64,000 bases of DNA from Bispira polyomma (lineage: Eukaryota): contig OZ287758.1 of assembly GCA_965649765.1 (NCBI GenBank), forward strand, positions 56,544,001-56,608,000, written 5' to 3'. Each line of letters begins with the position of its first letter. Position 1 is the first letter of the stretch. The notes beneath the pieces were generated by a model. That model had not been told where the DNA came from. It did not search any database and saw only the letters and a list, made by a program, of their open reading frames with translations. Positions 27,701-42,700 of the stretch are shown here, piece after piece. Both the position numbers and the translations under genes were made by a program.

Positions 27701-30700
27701 TCAGGCTAGGTTAGTTAGTGTCCTATAATTAATGAGTATTCTGTATTTGTACACAGGGGCTCTAGACAATCAGGCTAGGTTAGTTAGTGTCCTATAATTA
27801 ATGAGTATTCTGTATTTGTACACAGGGGCTCTAGACAATCAGGCCAGGTTAGTTAGTGTCCTCTTGTTAATGTGTATCATATATTTGTACACAGGGGCTC
27901 TAGGCAATCAGGCCAGGTTAGTTAGTGTCCTATAGTTAATGAGTATCCTTGTTAATGAATATCCTATATTTGTATACACAGGGCTCTAGACAATCAAGCC
28001 AGGTTAGTCAGTATCCTGTAGTTAATGAGTATCCTATATTTGTACACACAGGGCTCTAGGCAGTCAGGTTGGGGGGTTAATTAGTGTCCTATAGTTAATG
28101 AGTATCCTATATTTGTATACACAGGGGCTCTAGGCAATCAGGCCAGGTTAGTGTCCTATAGTTAATGAGTATCCTATATTTGTATACACAGGGCTCTAGA
28201 CAATCAAGCCAGGTTAGTTAGTGTCCTATAGTTAATGAGTATCCTATATTTGTATACACAGGGGCTCTAGGCAATCAGGCCAGCCTACCTGCCCAGTATG
28301 TTCTCAATCCACAGGAGCAGTACGTCGGTGGAGTGCCCATCTCATCACAAAGTACGTCCATTTTCTACTCGCACTTTGTGACCTCTCTAACCTCTTCTCC
28401 ACTAACCTTGTGGGTGTATTGATGGCACGGGGGTGATTTCAAAAAGGGGCTACATAGTAGAAGTAGAACTCTGATGAGTGGAATTACCTGTCAAGCAGAA
28501 GTTATTGTGAGGTCCCATTGCTATATTTCTAATTTAAATTTACCCTGTTAAGTAGAAGTTCTGTTAAATAGAACAAATTTGTATGGTCCATTCAGATTTT
28601 ACTCAACAGGGTTCCACTGTAAATTACTGAATACATCTAATTTATTCTAGTTTGTATACAAATTGTTCACCGTTCAATGCCCGTTACTGGTAGCAGGCAT
28701 CTTCAACAAACATAGTACCAATATCAAGAAACTCAAGCTGTTAAAGTATTACTATATCTCAGTGTTATCTGAATGCCTGGCTGAGAGATTTAGTTACGAT
28801 AATTAGCTGTACAGAAAATATGATAACATAAAATAATTGACTTTTCTTTGTAAACAGTAGAAAAACCTGAAAATATTTATTAAGTTAAGCTCAGCCTTCT
28901 AAGAATATAGCTTTGACATTAGGACCTCTATTATCTAAACCTGTTGAGAGAGCCTGGTATAATAGCAGGTTAGTCAAATAGAAGGTATAGAGATGAATAC
29001 AGTAATCTGGGAATGGGTAGGATGCGTCTATTGCATCAAATCATCTCATCAAAAGTTACTAGAGCTTCTTGGTTTAAGTGTCATGATCTCAAAAATGATC
29101 TTGTTGAAACGCTTCTCAATCACCAATACTGCTGTAAAATGCACCCACATTAGTCAACAATAAAACTGGTTTGAAGTGTATGTTACTAATCAACTTATAG
29201 TTGAAGTGTTTGTTCAGATCCTTGGTTTTAAACTTTGCCCGTTTAGTATTGATGGAATTCTTTATGTAGACTGCACTGACATCAAGTATTGTCACATGAT
29301 GGTCGACATATATATATGTACGGATATCATTGATAGAAGTCCACATGAGTCAACAATCAAGTGTACTAATGTGTATTAAGGTGGGGTGAGCTATAGACGT
29401 GGCTATTTGAGATAACACCTGCTTTTTGAAAACGGATAACGTTTACCCATTATATATGCAATTACAATTGATACTAGTACTCGCCCATTAGAACTGTAAT
29501 GCTTACTGGTAGTTTGCCTTCCTGGGGTGACCAGAACACTTAGAAAAAGCCAGGACTCAATCGGTTGCCCCTGGTAACCTTGATAGTTTTTGACTATTGA
29601 GTACAGACTATGGTCATTGTTGAGTGACTACTGACTAACATTACAATAGCTTGCTAGGGGTTGATTTTGAGCCTATTCCAACAAAAACAACAATATGGGT
29701 TTATCATGGGTATAACTTGCTTGAGATTGATTTCAGGCCCATTCCGAAAAAACAAAATGGATGCACAGGTATTACATGGGTTTATTGTGGTATAGCCAGG
29801 CCCGTTTTAAAAACAAAATAGTTACCACAGGTATTATATAAATAGTGTAATGTTCTTACATGGGTTTATTGTGGTAAAGCTTGGGATTGATTTTGTTTCT
29901 GTCATTGTCCAAAAAGGGTCTTGACATTTACATAATGTCTACATTTTTCCTGTGCAAAATATTTTCTCTTTATGAGATCCTGTGCAGAAATATGTCGCGT
30001 TTCTGATTAGCTGTGCAGAAATATATTCCGTTTTTGATAAGCTGTGCAGAAATTTTTCTCGTTTCTGATGGCCTGTGCGAAATACGCCCCGTTTCTGATA
30101 AACTGTCCAGAAATATGCCTTATTTATGATAGCCTCTCCAGAAATATGTCCTGTTTGTTACAGCGTCTCAAGAAATATGTCCTGTTTATGATAAATTGTA
30201 CAGATATGTGTCGCGTTTATGATAGTCGGTGCAGGAATCTGTCCTGTGTCTAATATACTGTACAGGAATCTGTCATGTTTCTGATACACTGTACAGAAAT
30301 CTTTTCCGTTTCTAATATACTGTACAGAAATCTGTCACGTTTGTGATGGTCAGTGCAGAAATCTGTCACGTTTGTGATGGTCAGTGCAGAAATCTGTCAC
30401 GTTTGTGATGGTCAGTGCAGATATCTGTCCCATTTCTTATATACTGTACAGAAATCTTTCTCGTTTCTAATATACTGTACAGAAATCTGTCCTTTGTTTG
30501 ATTGCTTGCGGGGAGTTTGTGCTCTTTCTAGTTGTAAACTGATGTATGTAATACTGTGTGTGTGGCATGTTGTGACTGTTGTACAGTGTAGACTTTTGTT
30601 CTAATCAGTGGTGAAGTTGATTTAGGTTTTCCTTAACTGGTTGTCAACTTCCATCTACACATATTGATAATGTTGTGCACCCTGACAATGCACATAGATA

Positions 30701-33700
30701 GAAAATAGGACACATTTATTTTGAAACCAACCTCTGGTTTCCAAGATATTTATCTTGATTTTATCCCATAAAATTGATCTCAATTCAGTCATTTTCTGTA
30801 ACTTTTAAATGGACATCATGCAAGTTCTGGCTATTTCTACACTACAAAGACCATTTGTTAAAGAGTAGAATAATGGTAAAAGATTACTCGGCTACAAAAC
30901 TTACTACTCGTTGCAACCCTTTGTATTAGTACGATTTCCATCTCCATTTCAGTCTGTACACTCATCCCCTATATCTTTCAAGCCATCTTCCTCCAGTATA
31001 ACTTTTTGGATACCCCAGAGTTATCAATAATATCATAGCACACACACCATCTATTTGCCCAAGTGTGTATAGAGAAATGGGTCCCCCCACCCATGGCAAA
31101 TTGTAAAATCTATCCAATCCTCTCTATACTTCCATCCTTCCTCAGTACCACACAGTACAGGCTCCCTAAAGTATATCTAATCCTCTCTATACTTCTATCC
31201 TCTCTCAGTATTACACAGTACAGGTTCCCTGAAGTATCTATCTAATCCTCTCTGTACTTACAGCCATCCTCCCTCAGTACTATGGAGTACAGGCTCCTTG
31301 GGGTATGTACCCAGCTGGGTTACTACAGCAACAGCAACAAAGTGCTCAGTTGTCGGGACAACACACACCACAGGGGGCGGCCACCTCAGCACAACAGAGC
31401 CAGTTATTGAGAGGTCATACACCAAGGTCACTGACTCCATCACAAAGTGGGGAGGGACTAGGGACACCTACTGGTCAGCCTACTGCACTTCATACACCGG
31501 GTAAGTGGTCAGTTACAGAGGTGATAGCTTTATCCAGGTGAATATCTAGTAATCTCTACTTCTCTGATTAATTTGTGCAGGGGGATTCACACTGAGATAT
31601 ATGTCGTGTAGGACTGGCATTGAGATGTATGTTTGTGTAGGGGAGGACTCGCACTGAGATGTATGTTGTGTAGGGGAGGACTCACACTGAGATGTATGTT
31701 GTGTAGGGGAGGACTCGCACTGAGATGTATGTTGTGTAGGGGAGGACTCGCACTGAGATGTATGTTGTGTAGGGGAGGACTCACACTGAGATGTATGTTG
31801 TGTAGGGGAGGACTCACACTGAGATGTATGTTGTGTAGGGGAGGACTCGCACTGAGATGTATGTTGTGTAGGGGAGGACTCACACTGAGATGTATGTTGT
31901 GTAGGGGAGGACTCACACTGAGATGTATGTTGTGTAGGGGAGGACTCACACTGAGATGTATGTTGTGTAGGGGAGGACTCACTGAGATGTGTGTTGTGTA
32001 GGGGAGGACTCACACTGAGATGTGTGTTGTGTAGGGGAGGACTCACACGGAGATGTATGTTGTGTAGGGGAGGACTCACACTGAAATGTATGTTGTGTAG
32101 GGGAGGACCTTTGTATATTGCCTGGTACCTTTCTATATTACCTGGTACCTTTCTATATTACCTGGTACTTTTACATTGTAGGTGGTACCCCACAGTACCC
32201 CATGATGGCCTCAGCGTATTACGACCAGTCTGGACAGTTAATCATGGGCAATGGGCGAGGTATTGGTACCCCTCTACGCCTCATCTCTCCAGCACCAATA
32301 CTGATGAATGCAGGTCAGCAAGGTGAGTGTAGTGACAGATTGAGAGGTGTAGGTTGTAGTGTGAACATGGGGTTTATGAGTGTAGTCACAGATTGAGAGG
32401 TGTAGGCTGTAGTGTGTACATGAGGTTTATGTGTCACAGACTGAGAGGTGTAGGCTGTAGTGTGTATATGAGGTTTATGTGTGTAGTGACAGACTGAGAG
32501 GTGTAGGCTGTAGTGTGTACATGAGGTTTATCTGTGTAGTGACAGATTGAGAGGCGTAGGCTGTAGTGTGTACATGAGGTTTATGAGTCACAGACCGGGA
32601 GGTGTAGGCTGTAGTGTGTACATGAGGTTTATGAGTCCCAGACTGAGAGGTGTAGGCTGTAGTGTGTACATGAGGTTTATGTGTGTAGTGACAGACTGAG
32701 AGGTGTAGGCTGTAGTGTGTACATGAGGTTTATGAGTCACAGACCGGGAGGTGTAGGCTGTAGTGTGTACATGAGGTTTATGAGTCACAGACTGAGATGT
32801 GTAGGCTGTAGTGTGTATATGAGGTTTATGTGTGTAGTCAGAGATTGAGAGGTGTAGGTTGTAGTGTGTACAGGAGGTTTATGAGTCACAGATTGAGAGG
32901 TGTAGGCTGTAGTGTGTATATGAGGTTTATGTGTGTAGTCACAGACTGAGAGGTGTAGGTTGTAGTGTGTATATGAGGTTTATGTGTGTAGTCACAGATT
33001 GAGAGGTGTAGGTGGTAGTGTGTATATGAGGTTTATGAGTGTAGTGACAGACTGAGAGGTGTAGGCTGTAGTGTGTACATGAGGTTAATGAGTCACAGAT
33101 TGAGAGGTGTAGGCTGTAGTGTGTACATGAGGTTTATGAGTCACCTAGGTGTACCATAAATAGGTGTACCATAAATAGGTGTACCTTCACTAGGTGTACC
33201 TTTACTAGGTGTACCTTCACTAGGTGTAACTTCACTAGGTGTACCTCCACACCTAGGTGTACCTTTACTAGGTGTACCTTCACTAGGTGTAACTTCACAC
33301 CTGGGTGTACCTCCACTAGGTGTACTTCCACTAGGTGTACATTCATTAGGTACTTTACACCTGTGCGTAGTAACAGTCACTGAGAATATAAGTGAAAAGT
33401 ACTAGTGAATTATATTGATGATATTCGTGCTCTGTTAAGCCCAAATAAGAACCCGCTGGTACATTCAGTTACATTCAGTGGACACCATTGCTTGTACTTG
33501 TTGCACTTTGTACCGCTTTCCATGTCCATGTCTGATGATGTCACTACAATTGTAGAGAAGTTAGCTCGCCACAAACTAGTGGGGTCATCAGCAAACAACT
33601 AATACCATCATGTTACCACAATTGTACAGAAGTGAGCTCTCCACAAACTAGTGGGGTCATCAGCAAACAAAACTAATGCCATCATGTCACTACAATTGTA

Positions 33701-36700
33701 TAGAAGTGAGCTCTCCACATACTAGTGGGGTCATCAGCAAACAACTAATACCATTATGTCACCAGATTGTAGCGACCATGTCTCGATAATATAACAATTA
33801 ACAATGTGAATGTAAAATCCTTTCCCAAAAAATTCTCCGCTTAATTTAGTTGCATTTCAATGTTGACGTCAACCCTTTTATACTGTGTGGTTAACTCTTA
33901 TATATTCTACATTAGGCAATATGGACAACTTTAATGTTATTTTAATGCAACTACCAAAAACAAGGGTGAAGTGAAGTCCTCACAATGTCACAAGTTTAAA
34001 ACCGTAATCAGGATACCTAAATTTGTGGCTTTTCTCTATGACAGTACCATATTGTTGATACGTGATGACATTACTAACATATGTACAAAACTGCTCTTAT
34101 CGCCTCTCCATACCGTCAGTTAACCCCGACATTAGTAGTTTGGATTCTATGTTTGTTGTATATATCCGCTATCAGTTTGTGAGTTTACACTTGTATATAT
34201 ATATATATATTTACTTGTCAATGTTTTGACACTTGTACATACTTGTCACTTACCCGCTCTTTCCCACCCTTTTTGGCTACAGGTGCAACAGGGCCTATTC
34301 AAATAATGACCAATCAGGGACAACAAATACCTGTCGCCGCGCTACCTTTGTCACAGGACGCAGCCAATCAGAGAGCAGCAGAGGGTAGGCTTGTTTGTTG
34401 TATTTCTGTACAATGTGTGTGTGTGTAGGTTAGGTTAGCTAACTCCTACTTAGACCTAATTATACACTATGTGTGTGGGTTAGCTAATTCCTACTTACAC
34501 CTAATTATACACTGTGTGTGTGGGTTAGGTTAGCTAACTCCTACTTGCACCTAATTATACACTGTGTGTGTGGGTTAGGTTAGCTAACTCCTACTTGCAC
34601 CTAATTATACACTGTGTGTGTGTGGGTTAGGTTAGCTAACTCCTACTTGCCGGTGGAGTGTGCGTACTACTTGATGTAAGGAGTGTGCGTATGTCTTGAG
34701 AACTGTAACATGACCTCCTGCTTGTACTATGTTATTGCCCCTGTATATACACTGTACAGGACAGAGTCCAACACCTAGCTTGTATATCTGCAGTGTGACT
34801 TCCTTCAGTGTGGTAGTAGTAAGCTGTCCAAGACGTAATTGACGAAGAAAGAGGTGTGCCTCATTCACATAATTTATGTGTATTCCAGAAGAAAGGTGCC
34901 TTATTAACATAAAGTGTCTGTATTCTAGGAGAGGGGTGGCTCATTAACATAATTTATGTGTATTCCAGGAGAGGCGTAGCTCAATAACATAATTTGTGTA
35001 TTTTAGGAGAGGCGTAGCTCAATAACATAATTTATGTGTGTTCCAGGAGAGAGGCGTGGCTCGTTGACGGGTAACTTCACAGACTACAAGCGTCAGAACC
35101 AGATGTTGGGTCAGTACTACAATGCCCTGGGTCAAGCGTCCACCTCACCTGCTGGACCTATGGGTCTGGTCCAAGCCAGTACAGCCTCACTGACTCCACC
35201 CCCCTCACTTACTGGCTCCGCCTCCAACCTGACACTGGGAGGGGTCTATGATATACAAGGTGAGTAGTAAGGACCTAGGCTAGCGCTCATATCAAGGCCA
35301 TATGGTATATCAAGGTGAGGTTGGGTGTTAACATAAAACCAAGGTGATGTATGGGTCTAAAGGTTAGATCAAGGTGATGTATGGGTCTAAAGGTTATATG
35401 AAGGTGACGTATTGGTCTAAAGGTTAGATTAAGGTGATGTATGGGTCTAAAGGTTAGATCAATGGGTCTAAAGGTTAGATCAAGCTGATGTATAAGTCTA
35501 ACCGTTAGATCAAGGTGATGTATGGGTCTAACGGTTAGATCAAGGTGATGTATGGGTCTAACGGTTAGATCAAGGTGATTTATGGGTGCAACAGTTAGAT
35601 CAAGGTGATGTATGGGTCTAAAGCTTAGATCAAGGTGATGTATGGGTCTAACGGTTAGATCAAGGTGAGGTTTGGGTGTAAAGATTATATCAAGGTGTGG
35701 TTTGGGTGTCTAGGTCAGACTAAAACGATGTATGGGTCTAAAGCTTAGATCAAGGTGATGTTTGGGTCTAATGGTTAGATCAAGGTGATGTATCGGTCTA
35801 AAGATTATATCAAGGTAAGGTTTGGGTGTGGAGGTCAAACCAAGGTGATGTATGGGTCTAAAGGTCCAACCAAGGTGATGTATGGGTCTAAAGGTTAGAT
35901 CAAATTGATGTATTGTTGTAAAGATTAATCAAGCTGAGGTTTGGGTGTCTGCGTCAAACCATGATGGTGTATGGGTCTAACGGTTAGATCAAGTTGATGT
36001 TTGGGTCTAAAGGTTAAATCAAGGTGATGTATGGTCTAAAGGTTAGATCAAGGTGATGTTTGGGTCTAAAGGTCTAACCAAGGTGATGTTTGGGTCTAAA
36101 GGTTAAATCAAGGTGACGTTTGGGTCTAAAGGTTAGATTAAGGTGATGTATGGGTCTAATGATTAGATCAAAGTGATGTATCGGTGTAATGATATTATAT
36201 CAAGATAAGGTTTGGGTGTTCTGTTGGTGTTCTGTTAATGTGTCTGTGGCCAGTGTGCTGCGAGTCTATCACTGGTAAGACTGTAACCTCTTTTTATCCA
36301 GGTCCTGTTTATCTCTATGTTGAGTGACACTGTACCTAACTCCATCTGTCTCTCTCTCATCATCCCAGGTCTTGGTGCGGCCGGCCGTGTGTTTCCTGCA
36401 GCCCCGGGGGCAGAGGCCAAGTTCAGAAATGGAGTGGGTTTTCCAACCGCTGCTAACGGACTGTTTGGCGCCTCACTGTTCAACCCCAAGCTGTTTGCGC
36501 CTTCCAAGAGGTGAGTGTGATTACATAGGGTGACCTTTAAACAGCCAAGAGGGTGTCGGGTGTTGGATCTTATAACAGCCAAGAGGGTATGTCTGGGTGT
36601 CTTAAGTTATACCAGCCAAGAGGGTATGTCTGGGTGTCTGATGTTATACCAGCCAAGAGGGTATGTCTGGGTGTCTGATGTTATACCAGCCAAGAGGGTA

Positions 36701-39700
36701 TGTCTGGGTGTCTGATGTTATACCAGCCAAGAGGGTATATCTGGGTGTTGGATCTTATAACAGCCAAGAGGGTATGTCTGGGTGTCTTATGTTATAACAG
36801 ATGCACACTGTAATACTTCAATACTACATGTAAAGATCAAGTATAGAGTGCCATATCTAGGTTAGTGCTGTTTTGAACACAATGGCCAACATACAGTGTA
36901 TTAAATCAGTCAATAGAAGAAAAGGTCCTCAGAAAACAACATTAGCTGTTTTTGTTCTGGCTCAATATATCTGAATATGTAATCAGTCGCCCAAAATATT
37001 TGGAATTTTAATACAGTAGAACCTCTATTATCCAAACTTATGTGATCCGAATATTCAATTTCATAAATGCATTTTCACTGCTGTCAACTCCCCCACATTT
37101 GAATGTGTACCAGAATTCCATCAGGTTTTCAATCATGTACATATTGTACAAGGCCAAGGATGTCATCGGGTCTCGTGACATCGAGAAAGGTTTAAATTTA
37201 TGTATTGTGATTACAGTTACAGATATCGTGGCGACTTCCCGTTCACTTTTTGTTGTCGGTAGTTTTAGGATGAAAACCACTAAATTTAATGCCCATATTT
37301 CCCATTTTAGAGCAATGTTCAGTTGTACACATGAATTAGGGGATGTGCGTGTGCAAGTAGTGCATAAAAATGGTGGTATTTCCTAAATACAAGGGGAAAT
37401 ATGTTCAAGTAGTGCATAAAAATGGGGGTATTTCTATATATATGGGGAAATGTGTGCAAGTAGTGCATAAAAATGGTGGTATTTCTATATATATGGGGAA
37501 ATGTGTGCAAGTAGTGCATAAAAATGGTGGTATTTCTATATATATGGGGAAATGTGTGCAAGTAGTGCATAAAAATGGTGGTACAGTAGAACCTCTATTA
37601 TCCGACCCTCTAATATCTTATATTGTATTCAATTTTACGGACTCAATTTGACTCCCATAAACTTATTTTTTGCTATGTTTCATACTAAAATGCCACTTCT
37701 ATTTTACGGACCTTCTATTATCCAAACAAATTCTCACTCCCCCAAGATGTCCGTAAGATAGAGGTTCTACTGTATTTCCTAAATAGAACAAAAAGAGTTG
37801 ACCAATAACTTCACAGTGCAAAGAAGTTAAGCTGAGAAAATTTCTAGAAACAGATTTTACATAAATATTTTAAACCATGATATTATCGTGATATTATCTG
37901 GTGATATTGTGCTGCCATTATATACGGCTGACTGTCATTAGTGTACATGACTGAGTCCCTGTGTATTTACAGCACATCAGCACTTTCTAAAGAAGTGACT
38001 GGACGCAGCAGATTACTGGAGGATTTCCGAAACAACCGAATCCCCAACCCTCAACTCAAGGACTTGGTCAACCATGTGGTGGAGTTCTCACAGGACCAGC
38101 ACGGCTCAAGGTGAGTGGTCAGAGTGTGTGGTCAGGGGGTGTGCTCGCCCATTCCAAAACATACGATAGCCAACGTGGTATTTATTGGGTTTCTCACGGT
38201 TATCTCCCTTGTCCTGTTTTGTAAACCCATCTCTTGTCTGCCTTGTCCTGTGTAACCCATCTGTTATCTCCCTTGTCCTGTGTTGTAAACCCATCTCTTA
38301 TCTCCCTTGTCCTGTGTTGTAAACCCATCTGTTATCTCCCTTGTCCTGTGTTGTAAACCCATCTGTTATCTCCCTTGTCCTGTGTTGTAAACCCATCTCT
38401 TGTCTCCCTCGTCTTGTGTTGTAAACCCATCTCTTGTCTGCCTTGTCCTGTGTAACCCATCTCTTATCTCCCTTGTCCTGTGTTGTAAACCCATCTCTTA
38501 TCTCCCTTGTCCTGTGTTGTAAACCCATGTGTTATCTCCCTTGTGCTGTGTTGTAAACCCATCTGTTATCTCCCTTGTCCTGTGTTGTAAACCCATCTGT
38601 TATCTCCCTTGTCCTGTGTTGTAAACCCATCTCTTGTCTCCCTCGTCTTGTGTTGTAAACCCATCTCTTATCTCCCTTGTGTTGTGTTGTAAGCCCATCT
38701 CTTATCTCCTGTTATCTCCCTCGTATTGTGTTGTGTTGTAAACCCATCTGTTATCTTCCTTGTCTTGTGTTGTAAACCCATCTCTTATCTTCCTTGTGTT
38801 GTGTTGTAAGTCCATCTGCTATCTTCCTTGTCCTGTGCTGTAAACCCATCTCTTATCTCCATTGTCCTGTTTTGTAAGCCGATCTGTTGTCTCCTCTTAT
38901 CTCCCTTGTCCTGTGTTGTAAACCCATCTGTTATCTTCCTTGTCCTGTGTTGTAAACATATCTCTTATCTCCCTTGTCCTGTGTCGTAAACCCATCTCTT
39001 ATCTCCCTTGTCCTGTGTCGTAAACCCATCTCTTATCTTCCTTGTCCTGTGTTGTAAACCCATCTCTTATCTTCCTTGTCCTGTGTTGTAAACCCATCTC
39101 TTATCTCCCTTGTCCTGTGTTGTAAACACATCTCTTGTCTGCCTTGTCCTGTGTTGTAAACCCGTCTGTTATCTTCCTTGTCCTGTGCTGTAAACCCATC
39201 TGTTATCTTCCTTGTCCTGTGTTGTAAGCCCATCTGTTATCTCCCTTGTACTGTGTTGTAAGCCCATCTTTTATCTCCTGTTATCTCCCTCGTCTTGTGT
39301 TGTCAATATCTGATAGCATCTCTTATCTCCTGTTATCACAGATTCATCCAGCAGAAGTTGGAGCGTGCCACTCCCGCGGAGAAGCAGATGGTGTTTAATG
39401 AGATTCTCAGTGCAGCCTACAGTCTGATGACGGACGTGTTTGGGAATTACGTCATTCAGAAGTTTTTTGAGTTTGGGGCACCTGAACAGAAGCAGACACT
39501 GGCCCAGCGTGTTAGGGGACACGTGCTGCCACTAGCGTTACAGATGTATGGGTGTCGTGTGATACAGAAAGCATTAGAGTCTATACCTACAGAGATGCAG
39601 GTGTGTATAGATGTATATAGATCTTATATTGGGAGTTAGTGTGATACAGAAAGCATTAGAGTCCATACCTACAGAGTTGCAGGTATGTATAGATGTATAT

Positions 39701-42700
39701 AGGTCTTATATTGGGAGTTAGTGTGATACAGAAAGCATTAGAGTCCATACCTGCAGAGTGTAGGTGTGTACAGAGGGTGATATAGGGAGTCAGTGTGATA
39801 CAGAAAGCATTAGAGTCTATACCTACAGAGATGCAGGTGTGTATAGATGTATATAGGTCTTATATTGGGAGTTAGTGTGATACAGAAAGCATTAGAGTCC
39901 ATACCTGCAGAGTGTAGGTGTGTATAGAGGGTGATATAGGGAGTCAGTGTGATACAGAAAGCATTAGAGTCTATACCTGCAGAGTGTAGGTGTGTATAGA
40001 TGTATATAGGTCTTATATTGGGAGAGTGTAGGTGTGTATAGAGGGTGATATAGGGAGTCAGTGTGATACAGAAAGCATTAGAGTCTATACCTGCAGAGTG
40101 TGGGTGTGTATAGATGTGTATAGGTCTTATATTGGGAGAGTGTAGGTGTGTATAGAGGGTGATATAGGGAGTCAGTGTGATACAGAAAGCATTAGAGTCT
40201 ATACCTGCAGAGTGTAGGTGTGTATAGATGTATATAGGTCTTATATTGGGAGAGTGTAGGTGTGTATAGAGGGTGATATAGGGAGTCAGTGTGATACAGA
40301 AAGCATTAGAGTCTATACCTACAGAGATCCAGGTGTGTATACAAGTATAGAGTGTTATACAGTGAGTTAGGGTGACATAGTTACAAACTTTCACTAGTTC
40401 TATATCTGATGGGCCATCTTGCTTTCGACTTTAATTTATTTAAAGGAAAACCGCATTTGATATCTGCTCACTTGTGGTTGTTTTTGGTGTTGTCAACCTT
40501 CTTGGTTATGTTGCCACGGCTTACTTAGGGTTTACTTTGGTGTTTGTGATGACATCAGCTTACTTGGGATTTACTTTGGTGTTTGTGATGACATCAGCTT
40601 ACTTGGGGTTTACTTTGGTGTTTGTGATGACATCAGCTTACTTAGGGTTTACTTTGGTGTTTTGTGATGACATCAGCTTACTTGGGGTTTACTTTGGTGT
40701 TTGTGATGACATCAGCTTACTTGGGGTTTACTTTGGTGTAGGTGTTTGTGATGACATCAGCTTACTTAGGGTTTACTTTGGTGTTTGTGATGGCATCAGC
40801 TTGCTTGGGGTTTACTTTGGTGTAGGTGTTTGTGATGACATCAGCTTGCTTGGGGTTTACTTTGGTGTAGGTGTTTGTGATGACATTAGCTTGCTTGGGG
40901 TTTACTTTGGTGTTTGTGATGACATCAGCTTACTTAGGGTTTACTTTGGTGTTTGTGATGACATTAGCTTGCTTGTTGTTTACTTTGGTGTAGGTGTTTG
41001 TGATGACAGCACCTTACTTGGGGTTTACTTTGGTGTTTGTGATGACATCAGCTTACTTGGGGTTTACTTTGGTGTAGGTGTTTGTGTTGACAGCACCTTA
41101 CTTGGGGTTTACTTTGGTGTTTGTGATGACATCAGCTTACTTAGGGTTTACTTTGGTGTTTTGTGATGACATCAGCTTACTTGGGGTTTACTTAGGTGTT
41201 TGTGATGACAGCACCTTACTCAGGGTTTACTTTGGTGTTGGTGTTTGTGATGACATCAGCTTGTTTGGGGTTTACTTTGGACAGTGCTAGCTTCCCTCGT
41301 AGTTGTGTAGCTATGACAACCAGTTGGGATTTGCATTCATTGTGTTAGTATAGCAATGATGTGTTACAGGTGGAAATTGTTTGAGACATTGTAGGATTTT
41401 GAAACAGTCGACTGGTATGTGTTGTCACTTCTGTCTTACTGGTGACTTATTGGTGTCTCACTGATGACTTTTTGGTGTCTCACTGGTGACTTATTGGTGT
41501 CTCACTGATGACTTGTTGGTGTCTCACAGCTGTCTCACTGCTGTCTTACTTGTCTCTTTGCAGGTGGAGATTGTCAAAGAACTTGACGGCCATGTTTTGA
41601 AGTGTGTCAAAGATCAGAATGGAAACCACGTTGTACAGAAGTGTATAGAATGTATAGAACCCAAAAACTTGGACTTTCTGCTAGACGCATTTAAAGGCCA
41701 GGTATGTGTACACACCCAAACAGAACCAGACATACACCCATACAGAAAACCACACACACATACACACCCATACAGACAACCACACATACACACACACACA
41801 TACAACCACCTTGTACAGAAGTGTATAGAACCCAAAAAGCCAGACATACACAAACATACACACACATATAGACAACCACACACCCAATACACACACATAG
41901 ACAACCATATACAGACTACCACACATCCATACACACACATACAGACAACCACACACATACAGACAACCACACATCCAATACACACATAGACAACCATATG
42001 CAGACAACCACACACATCCATACACACAGATACAGACATCCACACACACACACAACCACACATCCATACACACATTCAGACAACCACACACATATACAGG
42101 CACACACCCCTACACAACCACATACACAGAGAGTTGCCAATTTAATCTTTTATGTCGGCAGTTTACGTTGCATTCTGGCTGTTGTGATATGGTCCAAGCT
42201 GTTAAAAGCGACTTAAAACACTAACTAAAATTACAAGCCAGAGTGAGTATATTAGTTGCCATCCGCTCGGCAGTCTGTGTAGTTACAGGTGTTACCACCA
42301 GATTACATGTAGTTACAGGTATTACCACCAGGTTACGTGTAGTTACAGGTGTTACCACTATGTTACGTATAGTTACAGGTGTTACCACTATGTTACATGT
42401 AGTTACAGGTGTTACCACTAGGTTACGTGTAGTTACAGGTGTTACCACTAAGTGACATGTAGTTATAGGTGTTACCACTAGGTTACATGTAGTTACAGGT
42501 GTTACCACTAGGTTACATGTAGTTACAGGTGTTACCACTATGTTACGTGTAGTTACAGGTGTTACCACTAGGTTACATGTAGTTACAGGTGTTACCACTA
42601 GGTTACATGCAGTTATAGGTGTTACCACTAGTCATATAGGTTAGCGGTTGATACTAAATGTCGAACGTTTGAATTTGACTAAATTCTTACCGGATCACAA

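Noticed and set aside
29940-30510. Degenerate ~31-bp repeat with Cys-rich ORFs
   Set aside because: Old low-complexity repeat with no splice or coding support.
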